A stretch of DNA of 64,000 nucleotides, from positions 143,344,001 to 143,408,000 of the forward strand of contig NC_082712.1 in the NCBI RefSeq assembly GCF_030144855.1, written 5' to 3'. The notes under the pieces are model-generated. The model was not told where the DNA came from and ran no database searches. It saw only the letters and a list, made by a program, of their open reading frames with translations. A program made the position numbers and the translations under genes. The first letter of the stretch is position 1; every line of letters begins with the position of its first letter. Positions 1 to 13,579 of the stretch are shown here, piece after piece. Source of the DNA: Hypanus sabinus. Its lineage: Eukaryota.

Positions 1-40
1 ATGGCACCCAATAACAACATCTACTGTGTAAATAGATATT

Positions 41-1400
41 TTTCATCTGTATTTACTCAGGAGATGGACACAGAGTCTATAGAGCTGTAGCGAAACAGCA
101 ATGAGATCATTGACCATAACCAGATTACAGACAGCAGGTGCCTGCTGTCCTGAGGCAAAGAAGTGTAGCTGAGACCCCAGGACCTGACAAGATGTTCCCT
201 TAGATCTCGCGGGAGGCTATTCCAGAAACTGCAGGGTCCCTAGCAAAGGTGTTTAAAAATTCCTTAGCCATGGGAGAGGTGCCAACGAGCTGGAAGTTAG
301 TTAATGTTGTCCTGTTGTTCAAGAAAAGCTCTAAGTATAGGCCTGTGAGCCTGACATCAGCAGTGGGTAAATTATTGGAAGGCATTCAAAGGGACAAGAT
401 ATATATGTACAGGTTTCCCCCGCTATCTGAAGGTAGAGCTTTCCTAAGAAACCATTTGTAAGCCAAAATGGCATAAAGTGAAGAAGTAATTACCATGAAT
501 TTATATGGGAAAAATCTGTTGAGTGTTCCCAGACCCAAAAAAATAACCTACCAAATCATACCAAAAAAGCTAAAACCTAAAGTAACACTAATATATAGTA
601 AAAGCAGGAATGATATGATGGATACACAGCCTATATAAAGTAGAAATAATGTATGTACAGTGTAGTTTCACTTACCAGAATCGGGAACATTCAGCCAAAA
701 CCGATTTGTAGAAAAAAAAATCGGCACGTACATGCACGCGCACACACCTGCCCATGCATGGCTTCAGAGTCATGGTAGTCTTTCTCGGGGTAAACACAAG
801 TTTAAACCGGGCATCTTTTTTCGTAAAAGCGAAAATCCTCTTTCAGTTAGCGAAAACAGGTACTAATGTAAGACTTTCGTAAAAGTGAAGTTGAGTAAAG
901 CGAATGTTCAAAAAGCGGGGATACCTGTATTTGGATAGACAGGGCCTGATTCGGGATAGTCAACATGAACTTTTACATGGTAGGTCATGTCTAGTCACTC
1001 CTGTAAAGTTTTTTTTGAGAAAGTTACCAGGAAAGTTGATGAAGGAAATGTAGTGGATGTTGTCTACATGTATACTAGCAAGGCTTTTAACAAAATACCA
1101 CATGAGAGGCTAGCCCAAAATCTTTAGTCATTTGGCATTCAGGATGAAGGAGTAAATTGCATTCAACATTGGTTCAGTGGCAGAAGCTGGAGAGGCCAGG
1201 TAATAAATGAATGCCTCTCTGACAGGAGGCCTGTGACTAGTGGTGTGCCACAGGGATCCATTGTTGCTTGTCATCTGCACTAATGACAATGTGATAAACC
1301 AGATCAGCAAACCACCAATGTTGGGGGTGTAGTTGACAGCAAGGGAGGCTGTCAAAGTTTGCAGTGGGATCTGGGCCAGCTGGGAAAATGGGCTGGAAAA
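41..1400 (+). mobile_element. CR1 LINE ORF2 (RT) fragment, interrupted by a MITE
   Basis: Decayed NVVLLFKK..YRPVSLTSAVGKLLE, VDVVYM and GVPQG motifs. Confidence 0.88.
410..927. mobile_element. Tigger/pogo-type MITE
   Basis: TIRs CAGGTTTCCCCCGCT / AGCGGGGATACCTG; TA duplication at 408-409 and 928-929; the flanks rejoin as CR1 RDKIYMYLDRQGL. Confidence 0.88.
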
Positions 1401-1799
1401 AAAGGTACTGCGCATTTTAGCACTGAATGTAAAGTCTATGGAGTTTGGGATTTGGTGAGCAAAGAATGAGTGAGCAAAAGCGGCAGTTTAGTTTTATATT
1501 AAAGAACTTAAATATTGTTTTCTATTTTGTGAGTTACTCTCAACAGAAAGAAGAACGCAAGGACACAGATATCTGGAATGCACATTGTATGCCAAACACA
1601 GGTGCTAGAAGTATGGTTAGTCAGAGGAGCACAAGCTCCTGGTTTTGAAGTTCAGCCACATGCACGAGGCTGGGCGTCTCATTGCTGCTGATTTCAAGAG
1701 TTAGTCATTCTGCGGCTCAAGAAAGAGGGGGAGTGTGCAACTGCCAGACAAAACTGAGAGGAGACAGGTTATTTGGAAGACGCTTTTGGACATCTTGCT

Positions 1800-4130
1800 C
1801 ACGAATCAATATTTTGTTCTAAATTCTATTGAATGAAATGGTTCACCCAGGGATTACAACTAGATCAAAGACAATAGCATAGGTGCACGGGGAGGGAAGA
1901 GAAAGTTGAAGTGGGCAACTGATTCTATGATTAGGGGAGAGGACCAGTGTTTGTGTAATCACAGACTGATTCCAGGATGTCATATTGCCAACCTGCTCCA
2001 GAAGGTTGACACTGAACAGCGAAAGCCAGAACGCTCTTAAAGGTAGGATAAGCACCCCGAGGTCCAGGTTCATATCAGTACCACTGACGTAGGTGAGATC
2101 CATGTAGTCAGGTGGATTACACCTCGATAGGACACAATAATCCTCCTCATGGGTGGGCTTGCTCAGACCACTATAAAGGTTTTAAACTAGCTTTGCAGTC
2201 TGTAAATCTTTCAGAAGAGACAAAGGTAGAAGTGGAAGAGAGGATTAATGAGTGACGGTGAAAGATAGAGAAAAGGATTGGGCAAGAATGTAGTCCAGTT
2301 ATTCTTGATGTTGTTAATGTAAATTCAGGATTCATTGTGAATAAGGTAGATGAGTTCAGGACACTGACAGACCAGTGGCAGTACAACACTACATTATTGA
2401 AATATAACTTAAGGAGGAAGACTACCATCCTGACAAGATGGCCAGGTGAATAAAAAAGAATGGACAGTGATAATATTATCATAGTTCTAAGAAATGATAA
2501 CAAATTATAAGAGTTATCAAACAGGATTTCCATGGATTGAACTAAAAAAGGAAATCACATGCTAGATTTCCAAACTGTAGTATCCAAGCAAGTTTGTTAA
2601 AGAAATAGGGTCATAATACTGAGAGATTTCAATACTCTAATATTAACTGATATACCATTGTTGTAAAAGGGATAGTGGAGACAGAATTCCTAAACTGCCT
2701 GCAGAACTTTATCAACTTTATCCGGCAAGCCCAACAACGGAGAAGGGCAGGACAATTCTAGATGTTGTTTTAGTTGATGAAACCGGGTAGGTGGAGTTCA
2801 ATCTGACACTTTGGAAGGTCAAACCTGAAGGCACAGTACAAGGTTAACGGTAGAATTCTTAGTAGTGTGGAGGAATAGAGCGATCTTGGAGTCCAAGTCC
2901 ACAGATCACTCTCTGTGTAAATTGACAGGGTGATTAAGAAGACATATAGAGTGCTGGCCTTCCTTAGTTGGGCACTGAGTTCAGGAGTTGCTAGGTAATG
3001 TTGCAGCCCTATAAAACTCTGGTGAGGCCACATTTGGGATATTGTGTTCCCAGTTGTGGTCACCTCAGTATTTAGAACTAAATATTGATTCAAGAGTAAG
3101 ATGCCTGCAAGTTTTAGAGTCAACGTAGAGGAGGTTTAACAGGATGCTGCCTTCTTCAGACAACATGTCTTATGAGAAAAGGATGAGCGAGTTAGGGCTT
3201 TTCTTTTTGGAGTGAATGAGGATCAGTGGCAGCTTGAGTTCACAGTTCTGGTTGCCTCATTATGTGAGTAAAATGCCTTAAAACTCTAAGAGATTTTGCT
3301 TAACCTTGGATCAACAAACTAATTTTAAAAATGACTTTTTATATGACCTCCAAAAGTAAGATGTTTATTTATAATAACATTGCAAACCTAGACTTTAAGG
3401 TTAGTTTGAAAAATATCATGGTGCTAGAATTAACCTTGGTGTGGGGACTTCAGTGAAGATCCCATTGATAAATTGACGAAGTGAGTGAAGGAACTGAGAG
3501 GCCTTGATGTTTATATGCACAGACCCTTAAAGGTAGCAAAACAGATGAATAATATAGTTAAAGAGGGAGACTGGATGCATTTCTTTTATAGCCAAGGCAT
3601 ATGATATAGCAGCAAGGAGGTTTACGCTGGAATTATACAATCCCTATCAGGCCACAGCTCAAATAATCCTCTGGTTCTGGTAACCACATTGCAGGAAAGA
3701 TGAGATTACACTTGATCAAATTTACGAAGATGTTGCCAGGTCTGGAAATTGTAGCTCTGAAGCAAGACTGAATAAACTAGCATTGTTTTCTTTGGAGTTG
3801 AAGATAGTGAGGGCAGACTTAAAATGCAGTGTATAAATTTACGAGAAGCTTAGACAGAGTAAACAGGAAAGATCTATTTTTATTAGCAGGGAGGCCAAAA
3901 ACTGGAAGCAGAGATTTAAAGTAGTTTGATTAGAAGGGAGATGAGGAAAAAGATTTTCACTCAGATGAAGGTAGAAGTCTGGAACTCTATCAGAAAAGAT
4001 TGGCAGATTGAGGCAGAAACACTAGACTGTAGCACTTGCAGTTTAATATGAGAACTAGGGTTACAGACCAAGTACTGGAAAGTACGGTTAGGCTGGAGTT
4101 CTTTATTGATCCAGAGAGGAACAGTGAAGG
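1800..4130 (+). mobile_element. Old CR1 LINE fragments
   Basis: Decayed endonuclease-like, RT C-terminal and CR1 3'-type segments. Confidence 0.65.
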
Positions 4131-4869
4131 GAATGGGCACTTAACATATCACAGAAAAAAATGTTATGATTCCATAAGGAGCAACACATCTATGTTGGGA
4201 TATTATATACAATATCTATTATAATCAAGAAACATTGTTTTAATAGTAGTGTTTATGCATTACAACTATTATAATGCAGAGTGATCGCTTTATTGAGAAA
4301 GAAATAAGTTATGAGTGATGTAATCAAGATGTTCAGTTGCCACTTGGAACCTGAAATTACTCCCAACGACCTACCCCGTCCTATTGCAAGAGGGCTTTAT
4401 TTCTGGAACTGTTAAGACTAGCATGTACCATTCAATTACGGTGAAAGTAATGCCATTCGTCTTCATGAAAAACTGTAATAACGTCATTCCGGTGATAACT
4501 ATAACTGATACTTAAATGCAAAGTGCAAGTTTACGAGGAGTTTAGGCAGAGTAAACAGGAAGGATCCATTTCCTCAGCAGAGAGGACAAAAACTGGGAGC
4601 AGAGATTTGAAGAAATGTTAAAATCAAATGTCCTCTGCAGTCCATTTTCTGTGTGTTATTTGCATACTTTTTGTTGTTCTTTCATCGCACATTGGGTGTT
4701 TGACCTCTGCCTGCAAGAAGCCGACCAATCCCAAGGCTGTATATAACATACATACTTCGATAATAAATGCACTTTGAACTTTGATTTGCCAGGACAGGTT
4801 TTGTGATATACTTGTGGAAATGTCTGATACTGACATATTTCGACAAGTATTTCATCCTCAGGAGAAAAT

Positions 4870-6830
4870 ACCCCCTCTGCACACCGCCAGAAAAGCGCCC
4901 GCTGCAGACCGGAGTCATTGCCCAGCTGAAGCAGAGAGATCACCTATGCCAGCCCACCGTCTAATCGATACAGTCGTGCAGATACTGACAGTAAGGTGAA
5001 CGCCTCTCCTGGAGCGAACAGTCAAACATTCAAAACAGACCACCATAAAGTATACACTCTCCCATACCATCTCATCACCAGAAACACAAAATCCGACACA
5101 ATTGCTCACTCCTTTCAGCGTTACTTAATTCTGTGAATACATCGTATTTGCTTTCCCTTTGCAAGCACAATGCAATCAAAAGACATTTTACAAGAAAACA
5201 GTGGTTTCCATATTGTTTCCAAAATTCATAGGATAGTTATTGAAAAGCATGCACACGTAGAGAGATACCTGTAGTTTGATATTACATTCACTGCAACATA
5301 TCCAACGATTTCAGAAGCAAACTCTTATCAAAAACATTCCATTTAAAAGTTTTAACAAAGCAACAGCTCGCACGTGGTAAATTTCAATAGAAATAACAAT
5401 TTATGAATTACTCCTTACCGTGCATTTTACCAAAAAAGAACCTGCAATTCTTGTAAAAGTAAGTTTTCTGACAGTAGCTGCGTACTCAGCCCCTCTGTCC
5501 CGATTCTGTTCCAAAGTTCGTTTGGGAAAGAATGGCAAACGCGCCGGAAACGATGACGGAGCTCCTGTTATTGATGTGGAATTCCGAACGAAGGCAGTGA
5601 CCGGGAGGATAGGGGCTCTCCGAATGTAAGGAAGGGACGCGATTGCTGTCGCTCTGCGAGAAGCGGGAAGCCCTCCGTCTTCAACAATCTTCACTTTCTG
5701 GGCGGAGAAAAACAGCAAGCAATGATTTCGTTACACACCAAGTCCACTGGGCAAACACTATCTCCAAAGACCAGCGATGAGTTAAAGTTAGAATAAAGTT
5801 ATACAATTCCTTTAAACGTAAAACATTTCTAAACTCTCAGTTCCGAAGTCCGGCAGTAGGGACCCAACACAATTTCTCCAAGTGATCAGATTATTGATAC
5901 AACCAGACTATCCGTGAAGTAACTAAATGCTTTATTTGCAATTAATGCAACCATTAATGCATTCCCCTTATTTTACAAAGAACCCCCTTTAGCTGTTTGT
6001 AAACTTGAAATTTATTCCGGAGACAGGTTTGTTTTTAAAAGTATATCATGCAGCCACGCGTTCTCGACAGCGCCCTGGACCTGAGCACGTGAATGCGGAC
6101 CTTCAGGTTAGAACACCATAAACACAATGGTTTTAAAAGTCACCGGGATTTAAATGGGCTATCGTTGCTTTTCAGTGCACTGCTTTGCACTGTTAGCCTG
6201 TTATGCCCTGCACCTGGGACCTTCAGACACCGCAAAATTGGTCTTGTTGCCGAAGTGTGTGGGCAGGGAGCCATCTAGTGGTCTGGCTCAGTTACTACCT
6301 CCCCGAGCAGCAACGCTCAAAGCGGTATCCGCCGGCAGGGGAACTTGGGTTTGTCGTTGCTAGCCGACTTAAATCAAACTGACCAGTAATCTCCCATATC
6401 AACTGCTTCTCTGATTGGACCCTTACAATTTTCGAAACAATGTCTTACGGGTGGTGGCCGTGGTGGTAGCACTACATGCATCGGGAGCTGCGGTTTATTA
6501 TCGTTGTGATATTATATGCCCCTTCATTTTTATCGATTGGCCATTGAACTATAAATTGTTTGGGGTCTTCTTTGCGATCATAAGTAGCAAGCAGGAGAAT
6601 TTGCGTGTACTTATTAAGTATCTATATATTTTCTGATCATTTCACCGGACGTGGAAGCCGCAATTTCTGCCTTTCACGAAACGTTCTGAGAAAATTGGCC
6701 TTTCTTTACATGGTCGGGGAAAGAGGTCCAAGTTGAAGAAACTGCGTTCTGTTTTCATGTCAAGATGGTGGGTGCAACTTGGAGGGCTTGGACGTGGTGA
6801 GACTTGTAGATACATTATTACCAAGGCAAC
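4870..6830. promoter_or_regulatory. CpG-rich region with CTCF site, CCAAT box and X-box
   Basis: CpG retained; CCACTAGATGGC (CTCF core, minus strand) at 6270-6281; CTGATTGG at about 6411; ATTACCAAGGCAAC at 6817-6830. Confidence 0.55.
5419..5697 (-). other. Candidate 5' exon of a leftward gene (DENND2B/ST5 expected by synteny)
   Basis: Strong acceptor gctgtttttctccgcccag and donor ACG|gtaagg on the minus strand inside a CpG-rich zone. The peptide is not recognised, so identity comes from synteny only. Confidence 0.35.
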
Positions 6831-7011
6831 TGCCCTGAGGAATTGCTTCAGGCTGGGCTGATTGACCTTCAACAAGTACAATTTATAACCACCAGAGATT
6901 CTGGGATGCCAGAAATACAGACTAACATACTCAAGATGCTCAGCAGGTCAGGCAACATCTATGGAGAGGAACGAAGAGTCCAGTTATTCTTCTCCATAAA
7001 TGCTGCCGGAG

Positions 7012-7500
7012 CATAAAACATGGAAATCTACAGCACAGTACAGGCCCTTCGGCCCACAATGTTGTGCCGACCATGTAACCTCTCTAGAAACTGCCTAGAA
7101 TTTCCCTAGCACATAGCCCTCCATTTTTCTAAGCTCCATGTACCCATTTAAGAGGCTCTTAAAAGACCCTATTCTATCCACTTCCACCACCAGTGGCGGC
7201 AGTGCATTCCATGCATTCACCACTCTCTGTGTGAAAAACTTACCCCTGACATCCCCTTGGTAGCTAGTTCCAAGCACCTTAGAACTTCGCCTTCTCACGC
7301 TGGCCATTTCAGCCCTGGGAAAAAGCCTCTGACTATTCACACAATCAGTGCCCCTCATCATCTTATACACCTCTATCAGGCCACCTCTCATCCTCCGTCA
7401 CTCAAAGGAGAAAAGGCCAAGTACACTCAACCTACTCTCACAAGGTGCACCCTCCAATCCTGGCAATGTTCCTGTAAATCTCCTCTGCACTCCCTCTATA
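7012..7500 (-). mobile_element. CR1 LINE 3' end
   Basis: ORF 7095..7391 RGGLIEVYKMMRG...KFFTQRVVNAWNALP and a typical 3' UTR. Confidence 0.9.
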
Positions 7501-7904
7501 GTGTCCTGACTGCATGTTAAACACGACAATTTTTCTGCATTAAATCATATCATTAGTGGAGAGTTTTCCAGTTGATTCCAATCCCTTTCAGGTTTGCTGG
7601 GGATCTTTGATGAAGAAAACTCAATTAAATGTTATCTTGCTGTCAAGTACAGTGACATTAACCTCTATCCTGGGGTTCAGTTCATGTCCATATCTTAATC
7701 TGGGATTAAGATTGAGATAAGTGTGTTTGGGCAGAAAAACATACATGTTGCATATGTGAACAGCTTATTGGCAAATAAGTGCTATCTCTCAGCACTGTTG
7801 ACAAAATCTTCCTTGACAATGCATTGAAGGTAGATTGATTGGCCAATACTTAAGCAGATGATATGTGCTGCTTTATTTAAAATGGGACATATAGTACACC
7901 TAGG

Positions 7905-9625
7905 GAACTACATTACCACCTGTCACCTGCTCACTGAAGTCGTATCTGCGCACTTTGACTCCATCTCTCCCCTTTGGTTCAGTTCCTTCCCATGTACATC
8001 TGTGACACTTCACAACTCTCGATCTCAACAACTCCCAATCCCCTGGCCCCGACCACCTCATTTTCACCATGGATGTCCAGTCCTTGTACACTTCTATCCC
8101 CCATCAAGAAGGCCTTAAAGTTCTCTACTTCTTTCTCAATGGAAGATCCAACCAGCTCCCTTCCACCTCCACCCTCCTCCTTCAGCTCCTCCCACTTTCT
8201 CCAAACTCAAGGGGTCGCTGTGGATACCCATATGGGCCCCAGCTATGCCTGACTTTTCATTGGCTTTGTAAAACAGTCCATGTTCCAAGCCTTCCTGGTA
8301 ATGCTGCCCAATTCTACAATGCTACACTGATGACTGCATTGGAACTGCCTCATGGACCCATGCTGGGCTCATCAATTTCATCAACTTGGCTTCCAACTTC
8401 CACCCTGCCCTTAAATTCACTTGGTCCATTTCTGATATCTCTCCCCCCACCCCCCCTTTCTTGATCTCTCTGTCTCCATCTCTGGAAACAAACTGTCTAT
8501 GGATCTCTTTTGTTAACTGACAGATTCCCATGGCTATCTTGACTGTACCTCTTCCCACCCTGCCTCATATAGAAATGTTCTTCCTTTTTCTCAGTTCCTT
8601 CATCTCCACCATATCTGTTCCCAGGAAGAGACTTTGCTTTCCAGGACATCGGACTTCCTTCTTCAAAGAACAGGGTTTCCCTTCTTGCTGCCCTCACCCG
8701 CATCTCCTCCATTTCCCGGACATTTACGCTCACCCTATCTTCCTGCTGCCTTATCAGGGATAGAGTTCCTCGTGTCCTCACCTACCACCTTGGTAGAGAT
8801 CACTCCTTCTCTGACTCCCTTGTCCATTTGTCCCTCCCCACTTATCTCCCACTTGGCACATATCCCTGCAAACCACAGAAATGCTACACCTGCACAATCA
8901 CCTCCTCCTTGGCCTCTGTTCAAGGCCCCAAACAGTCCTTCCAGGTGAGGCAACACCACAACTGCAGATCTGTTGGGGTTGTCTATTGTATCCAGTACTC
9001 CCGATACAGCCTCCACCACATTGGTGAGACCCGATGTATAATGGGGGACTGCATTGTCAAGCACCCTGGCTCTATCTGCCAGAAGTATAATTTCTCAGTG
9101 GCCGACCATTTCAATTCTGATTCCCATTCCTGTTCTGACATGTCAGGCCATGGCCTCCTCTTTTGCCATGATGAGGCCACACCTTATATTTCATCTGGTT
9201 AGCCTCCAACGTTGATTTCTCCTTCCAGTATGTTTTTTTTTCTCTTTTTCTTTTCCTCTTCCCCTTCTCTCTTCCTCTATTCCCCATTCTGTCCCCCTAC
9301 CTCCACACCGCCTGCCTATCACCTCCCCCTGTTGCCCCTCCTCTTCCCTTTCTCCCAAGGTCCACTCTTCTCTCTAATCAGATTAAATCTTCTCTAGCAC
9401 TTTACCTTTCCCACTCACCTGGCTTCACCTGTCACCTTCGAGTTAATCCTCCTTCCCCTTGCCCCACCTTTTTATTCTGGCATCTTCCCCCTTCCTTTCC
9501 AGTCCTGAGGAAGGATCTCGTCCTGAAACTTCGACATTTCCATAGATGCTGCCTGACCTGCTGAGTTCTTCCAGCATTTTGTGGGTGTTGTTTTGGATTT
9601 CCAACATCTGCAGGATCTCTTGTGT
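7905..9625 (+). mobile_element. Penelope-like element (decayed RT + GIY-YIG) with pLTR
   Basis: MDVQSLYTSIPHQEGL, QTQGVAVDTHMGPSYA, GVVYCIQ...HIGET; ends in the hammerhead-bearing terminal repeat. Confidence 0.88.
9500..9535 (+). ncRNA. Minimal hammerhead ribozyme-like motif in pLTR
   Basis: cagtc-CTGAGGA-agga(tctcg)tcct-GAAAC-TTC-gac. Confidence 0.6.
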
Positions 9626-10374
9626 TATCACCTACCATATTAACCACTGTAACACAAAGAATATATGCAGTCCCCTAGTAGAGAAATACTGTCAGCTTTA
9701 TCTCCCTGTAATCTATTCTCCCTCACATGGCCATCAACTCCCTCCAGATTTTCCTGACTCCTACCAAAACAAAGGAGAATATGTCTGCAAAACTACAAAC
9801 AGAATGTTGTCTGCTTCTATTGCCCATTTCATTCAGTGATACTGCATGGAGTGATCCGAACCAGTTGGAGACTGTGGTGATGGTGAAAAATGTGAAAATG
9901 AACATCGACTCAGCACCTCTAGTGAAAGATGTACAAGTGCTTCAGCTTTCACTTTGTCACATACATATTGAGTTCGACCATTATTGAGTACGGAAACGTT
10001 CTTGGAGTCCCTTCCCCATGGGACCTATTGAAACATCCTCTGCCATTGTGACTGGATGTCAACTGCAGAGTTTGTTTTAGAGATACAGCACATTAACAGG
10101 CCTTCTGGACCAATGAGCCCATGCTGCACAATTAACCTACTGGAGATAGAGTCATTGAGTCACAGAAACAGGCCCTTCACACCATCCAGACCGTGCCAAA
10201 CCATTCAAATTGTTTAGCTTTATGTATCACATGTACATTGAAACATCAAAAATCATACAATGAAGTGCATCATTTGTGTCAACTCAAGTCAACGAGGATT
10301 ATGCTGGGCAGCCCACAAGTGTTGCAACTCTTCTGGCACCGACATAGCATGCCCACAGCTCACTACAATAGTTG

Positions 10375-10510
10375 TACATCTTTGGAATATGGAAGGGAAC
10401 CAGAGCATCCAGAGGAAATCCACTTGGACTCAGGAAGAATGTACAAACTCCTTAAAGACAGCAGTGGGAAATAACTCAAGCTGCTGGCATTGTAACACCA
10501 AGCTGCCCTA
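10375..10510 (-). mobile_element. V-SINE (HE1-like) fragment
   Basis: Reverse complement resembles the V-domain: GCTGTC..AAGGAGTTTGTACATTCT...GGATTTCCTCTGGATGCTCTGGTTCCCTTCC. Confidence 0.7.
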
Positions 10511-11245
10511 GTTTAGTTTTGTTCTGATTCATTGGTCACTCTGTTGATTCATGCACTTTGTTGCATGTTGCTCTCTCTGCCTTTCACACATGTAATCCCG
10601 TGTTAGAGTTTTGGCACGATGAGGCTCATTTTCAGGGATACAAGTTAATGCTCTCAGTATATCTTTCCACACTCTTTGTGGTTGATGCAATTTGAAGCTG
10701 CCCATGAGCATCAAGAGGGTAAAAGAAAGGGGACTTCGCAAGATTTGTGAGGGCATCTTGTGAAAACCAAGCCCTATTCCAAGTTTCGTCGGGTTTGAAG
10801 CCATGCTGTTGAAAATAAAATGTGTGGGTCAAGAAGGGCTTGCACAATATCAGGCATCTGGGTGGATGGGATGGGGAGTTTGGGGGTGGAGAGCTGTTGA
10901 TTGGTTGGTTCTGGAAATGCCATGAGGAACTCCTGTTGTGATCTTTGGGCTTTTGCATTGTTGCCCTCCAATATCTACAGCAACTTTTCTATGTGAAAGC
11001 TGTGATTCCAGACATTGGAATGTTTTTCCTTTTGAAGCCCACTGACTGGAATTTTACAAGATCTACTGTGTGCTGCCTGTATGCCGAAGACAGTCATAAT
11101 CATTTCACTTCTGGAATGCACTTCTTTGTTCCAATATTATCAGGGTACATAACTTAAATTACATAGAGTCCACGAAGTTGGATGGGCACTGTCATCAATG
11201 GTAGAAATTCTGGGAAGAAACCCATAAGGGAGGCAGAGTGAAGTT

Positions 11246-12045
11246 AAGATGGCGCTAAATGGCGACTCCTTTGCTTGCATCTTGGGAAACAGTTCTATTT
11301 CCATCTTTAATATCTTTATTTTTCCCTTTCAGGGTTCTTTTGAAGATCCTGACCTGGAGTTACATGCTGACTTTGTTTTTTTGCGGGAATGGGACCCGCT
11401 CTCGGGGTTTCAGGACCGGCCGTTGTTCAGCAAGCCAAGGGTTCGGCCTGAGAGTCTGGCTCGAATTCAGAAGCCTAAGATCTCAGGGCTCTGGAGATGG
11501 ATGAATCAAGGGTCGGTGTCACAGCGGGAGACCTGTGTGTCGTCAGCGGAGTCGGGATATCAGCTGTGGGCCCGAAGACCCAGGATCTTTGTGATCTTCA
11601 GGCACAGAGCTCGTAAAAACCAACATAACGGACTTTTAACATTGTAAACCAGCGAGTTGTTTGTTATGTCTCCCCACTAACTGGGAAAATGGAGACACCT
11701 TCTTCTCCCTTAATAGGGAGAGAGAGAACAAGCGGTATGTCGAGTGTTACACTAAGTCTTTGGGGTAACTGCAAGTCTGTGTCTTTGCTCACACTGAGTG
11801 CTTGGTGGTGGTGCCGATGCTTTTTTTTTGCTGGGGGGAGGGGGAGATTGTTGCTCACTGCCGCTTACATGCAAGAGGGAGGGGAGCTGGGGAGGAGTTT
11901 GAGGTTCTTAGGTTTATCTGTCGTTCATCTTTTGAGGCACTTTTCTATTTTCGTGGATGTTTGCAAAGAAAAAGCATTTCAGGTTGTTTATTGTATACAT
12001 TTCTCCGACATTAAATTGGACCTTTGAGCCTTTGAACCTTTGAAG
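11246..12045 (+). mobile_element. Non-autonomous LINE-derived retroelement
   Basis: Starts AAGATGGCG, CpG-rich body without a recognisable ORF, ends ATTAAA plus a (CCTTTGAA)n-type tail. Confidence 0.6.
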
Positions 12046-13129
12046 TATCATCAATCAACAATGTTTAAGTGTTTTATTTGATGCTTGGATCAATTGTTGT
12101 TACAATTTAGTATACAAATTACTTGTGCAGTTATCCCTGAAATGCATTAATAAATCTGCATTTTTCTTCCTGTATTTATTTCTGGCTGGATGTGCTCAAT
12201 CCAGCTCTCTGCTGGAACTCCCTAACTTGGTGCCCTTCTACCCAAAGTGACCTAATCCAGACATAGACTGAGCTATCCCTTCATTCCCAAGAGTTTCACC
12301 ATGAGAAAGTCTGGGCTACTAATAGACCGTAGACTCCAAAGTGGCCTGAAGGGGTTTCAACCCTTCATTGCTATGAAAGATTTAGAAAGATAAGGGCCAA
12401 GCAAAGGCAGATGGGACATGCTCAGATGGGCCTGCTGGTCAGCAGAAGGACCTGCTTCCATTGCTGCTTTGCTCTGTGACTCTGTAACCTAAAACACATG
12501 GAGTGAAATAAGCTTGCTGGGTACCAACATCAATGGAAAAAAATTTGAAAGAAGCTGAGAAGAACTTGACACTCAGTTATATTGGCCAGAAACGCATAGG
12601 TATCACCTCTAACAAAGGTATTCAGACTTTTGTGATAATTGAGCATAACTTCTACCAGTAAGTTCTTGGCTGTCCATCATTAGTCTAAAGGAAATTCAAT
12701 ATGTCTAGACTGTTTGTCTCTCATTTATGGATTTGAAACACTACTTGTCTCTCACATTGCAGTTAAACATGGAATTTGATCTATAACATTTCATTTTAAG
12801 ACACACATAATTCTGCTCTCAATCAGCCATTATATATGCTCCATTTTAAAGTATGGCAGTGAAAAGAGATTATGTTGGACAATAAGATAACAGGTTTTGG
12901 TGTTACAGGATTACACGGATGGCTGTCATTCCTGATGGTTAGTAGACTGGACAGTAAAATCTTTTTGTAATCTGCCCCAGTTATCAGAACAGTATTTTTA
13001 CATTACACGAAGTAGGATGTATCTTCAATGCAGAAAAAAAACATTGTACTCAATCGGTTTGTAATGGAGTGATTCCGAAAAGCACTGTTTTAGACCAATG
13101 TGTCAATCGATAGTCAGACAAGGTTAGAC

Positions 13130-13578
13130 AGATGCTTCATCTTACTGCTTGCAAAGGTTGATTGGGAGAGGATATTTGCAGGTAAAGGGGCTTCTAGCAA
13201 GTGGGACCCTTTGAGGGGGCAGTTCAGGGGAAAAAAAAGGTTCCTGCAAGAACGAAGGACAGGGCTGGCAAGGTTACAGAACCCTGGATGAGAAAGAATA
13301 TTGAGGCATTGGTCAGGAAGAAGGTGGCTTATGTCATGGGATCAAGGAAATCCCTGTGAGGAGTATTGGAGATGTAGGTGTACACTGAGAAGAAATAGAA
13401 AAGCAAAATGACGGCATGACAAACATGAGTCCTGATGAAGGGTCTTGGCCCGAAACATCGACTTTACTTTTTTCTACAGATGCTGCCTGACCTGCTGAGT
13501 TCCTCCAACATTTTGTGTCTTGTATGAGGACAAGAAATAGCTTTGGTGGATGAGGTGAAGGAGAATCCTAAGGGATTC
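13130..13578 (+). mobile_element. CR1 fragment (resumes at about 14488) hosting nested insertions
   Basis: LLAKVDWERIFAGKG..KW and VKENPKGF, continued by a YK..IKS-like segment after 14488. Confidence 0.7.
13428..13463 (+). ncRNA. Minimal hammerhead ribozyme-like motif (solo pLTR fragment 13428-13520)
   Basis: agtc-CTGATGA-a-gggt(cttg)gccc-GAAAC-ATC-gact; stem I AGTC/GACT. Confidence 0.65.
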
Positions 13579-13579
13579 C

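Noticed and set aside
3818-4612. Similar segments of about 100 bp at roughly 3820 and 4510
   Set aside because: Both are CR1 3' fragments, so dispersed repeat copies explain the similarity.
10520-11160. Apparently non-repetitive stretch with several short ORFs
   Set aside because: No convincing splice pair or protein similarity recognised.
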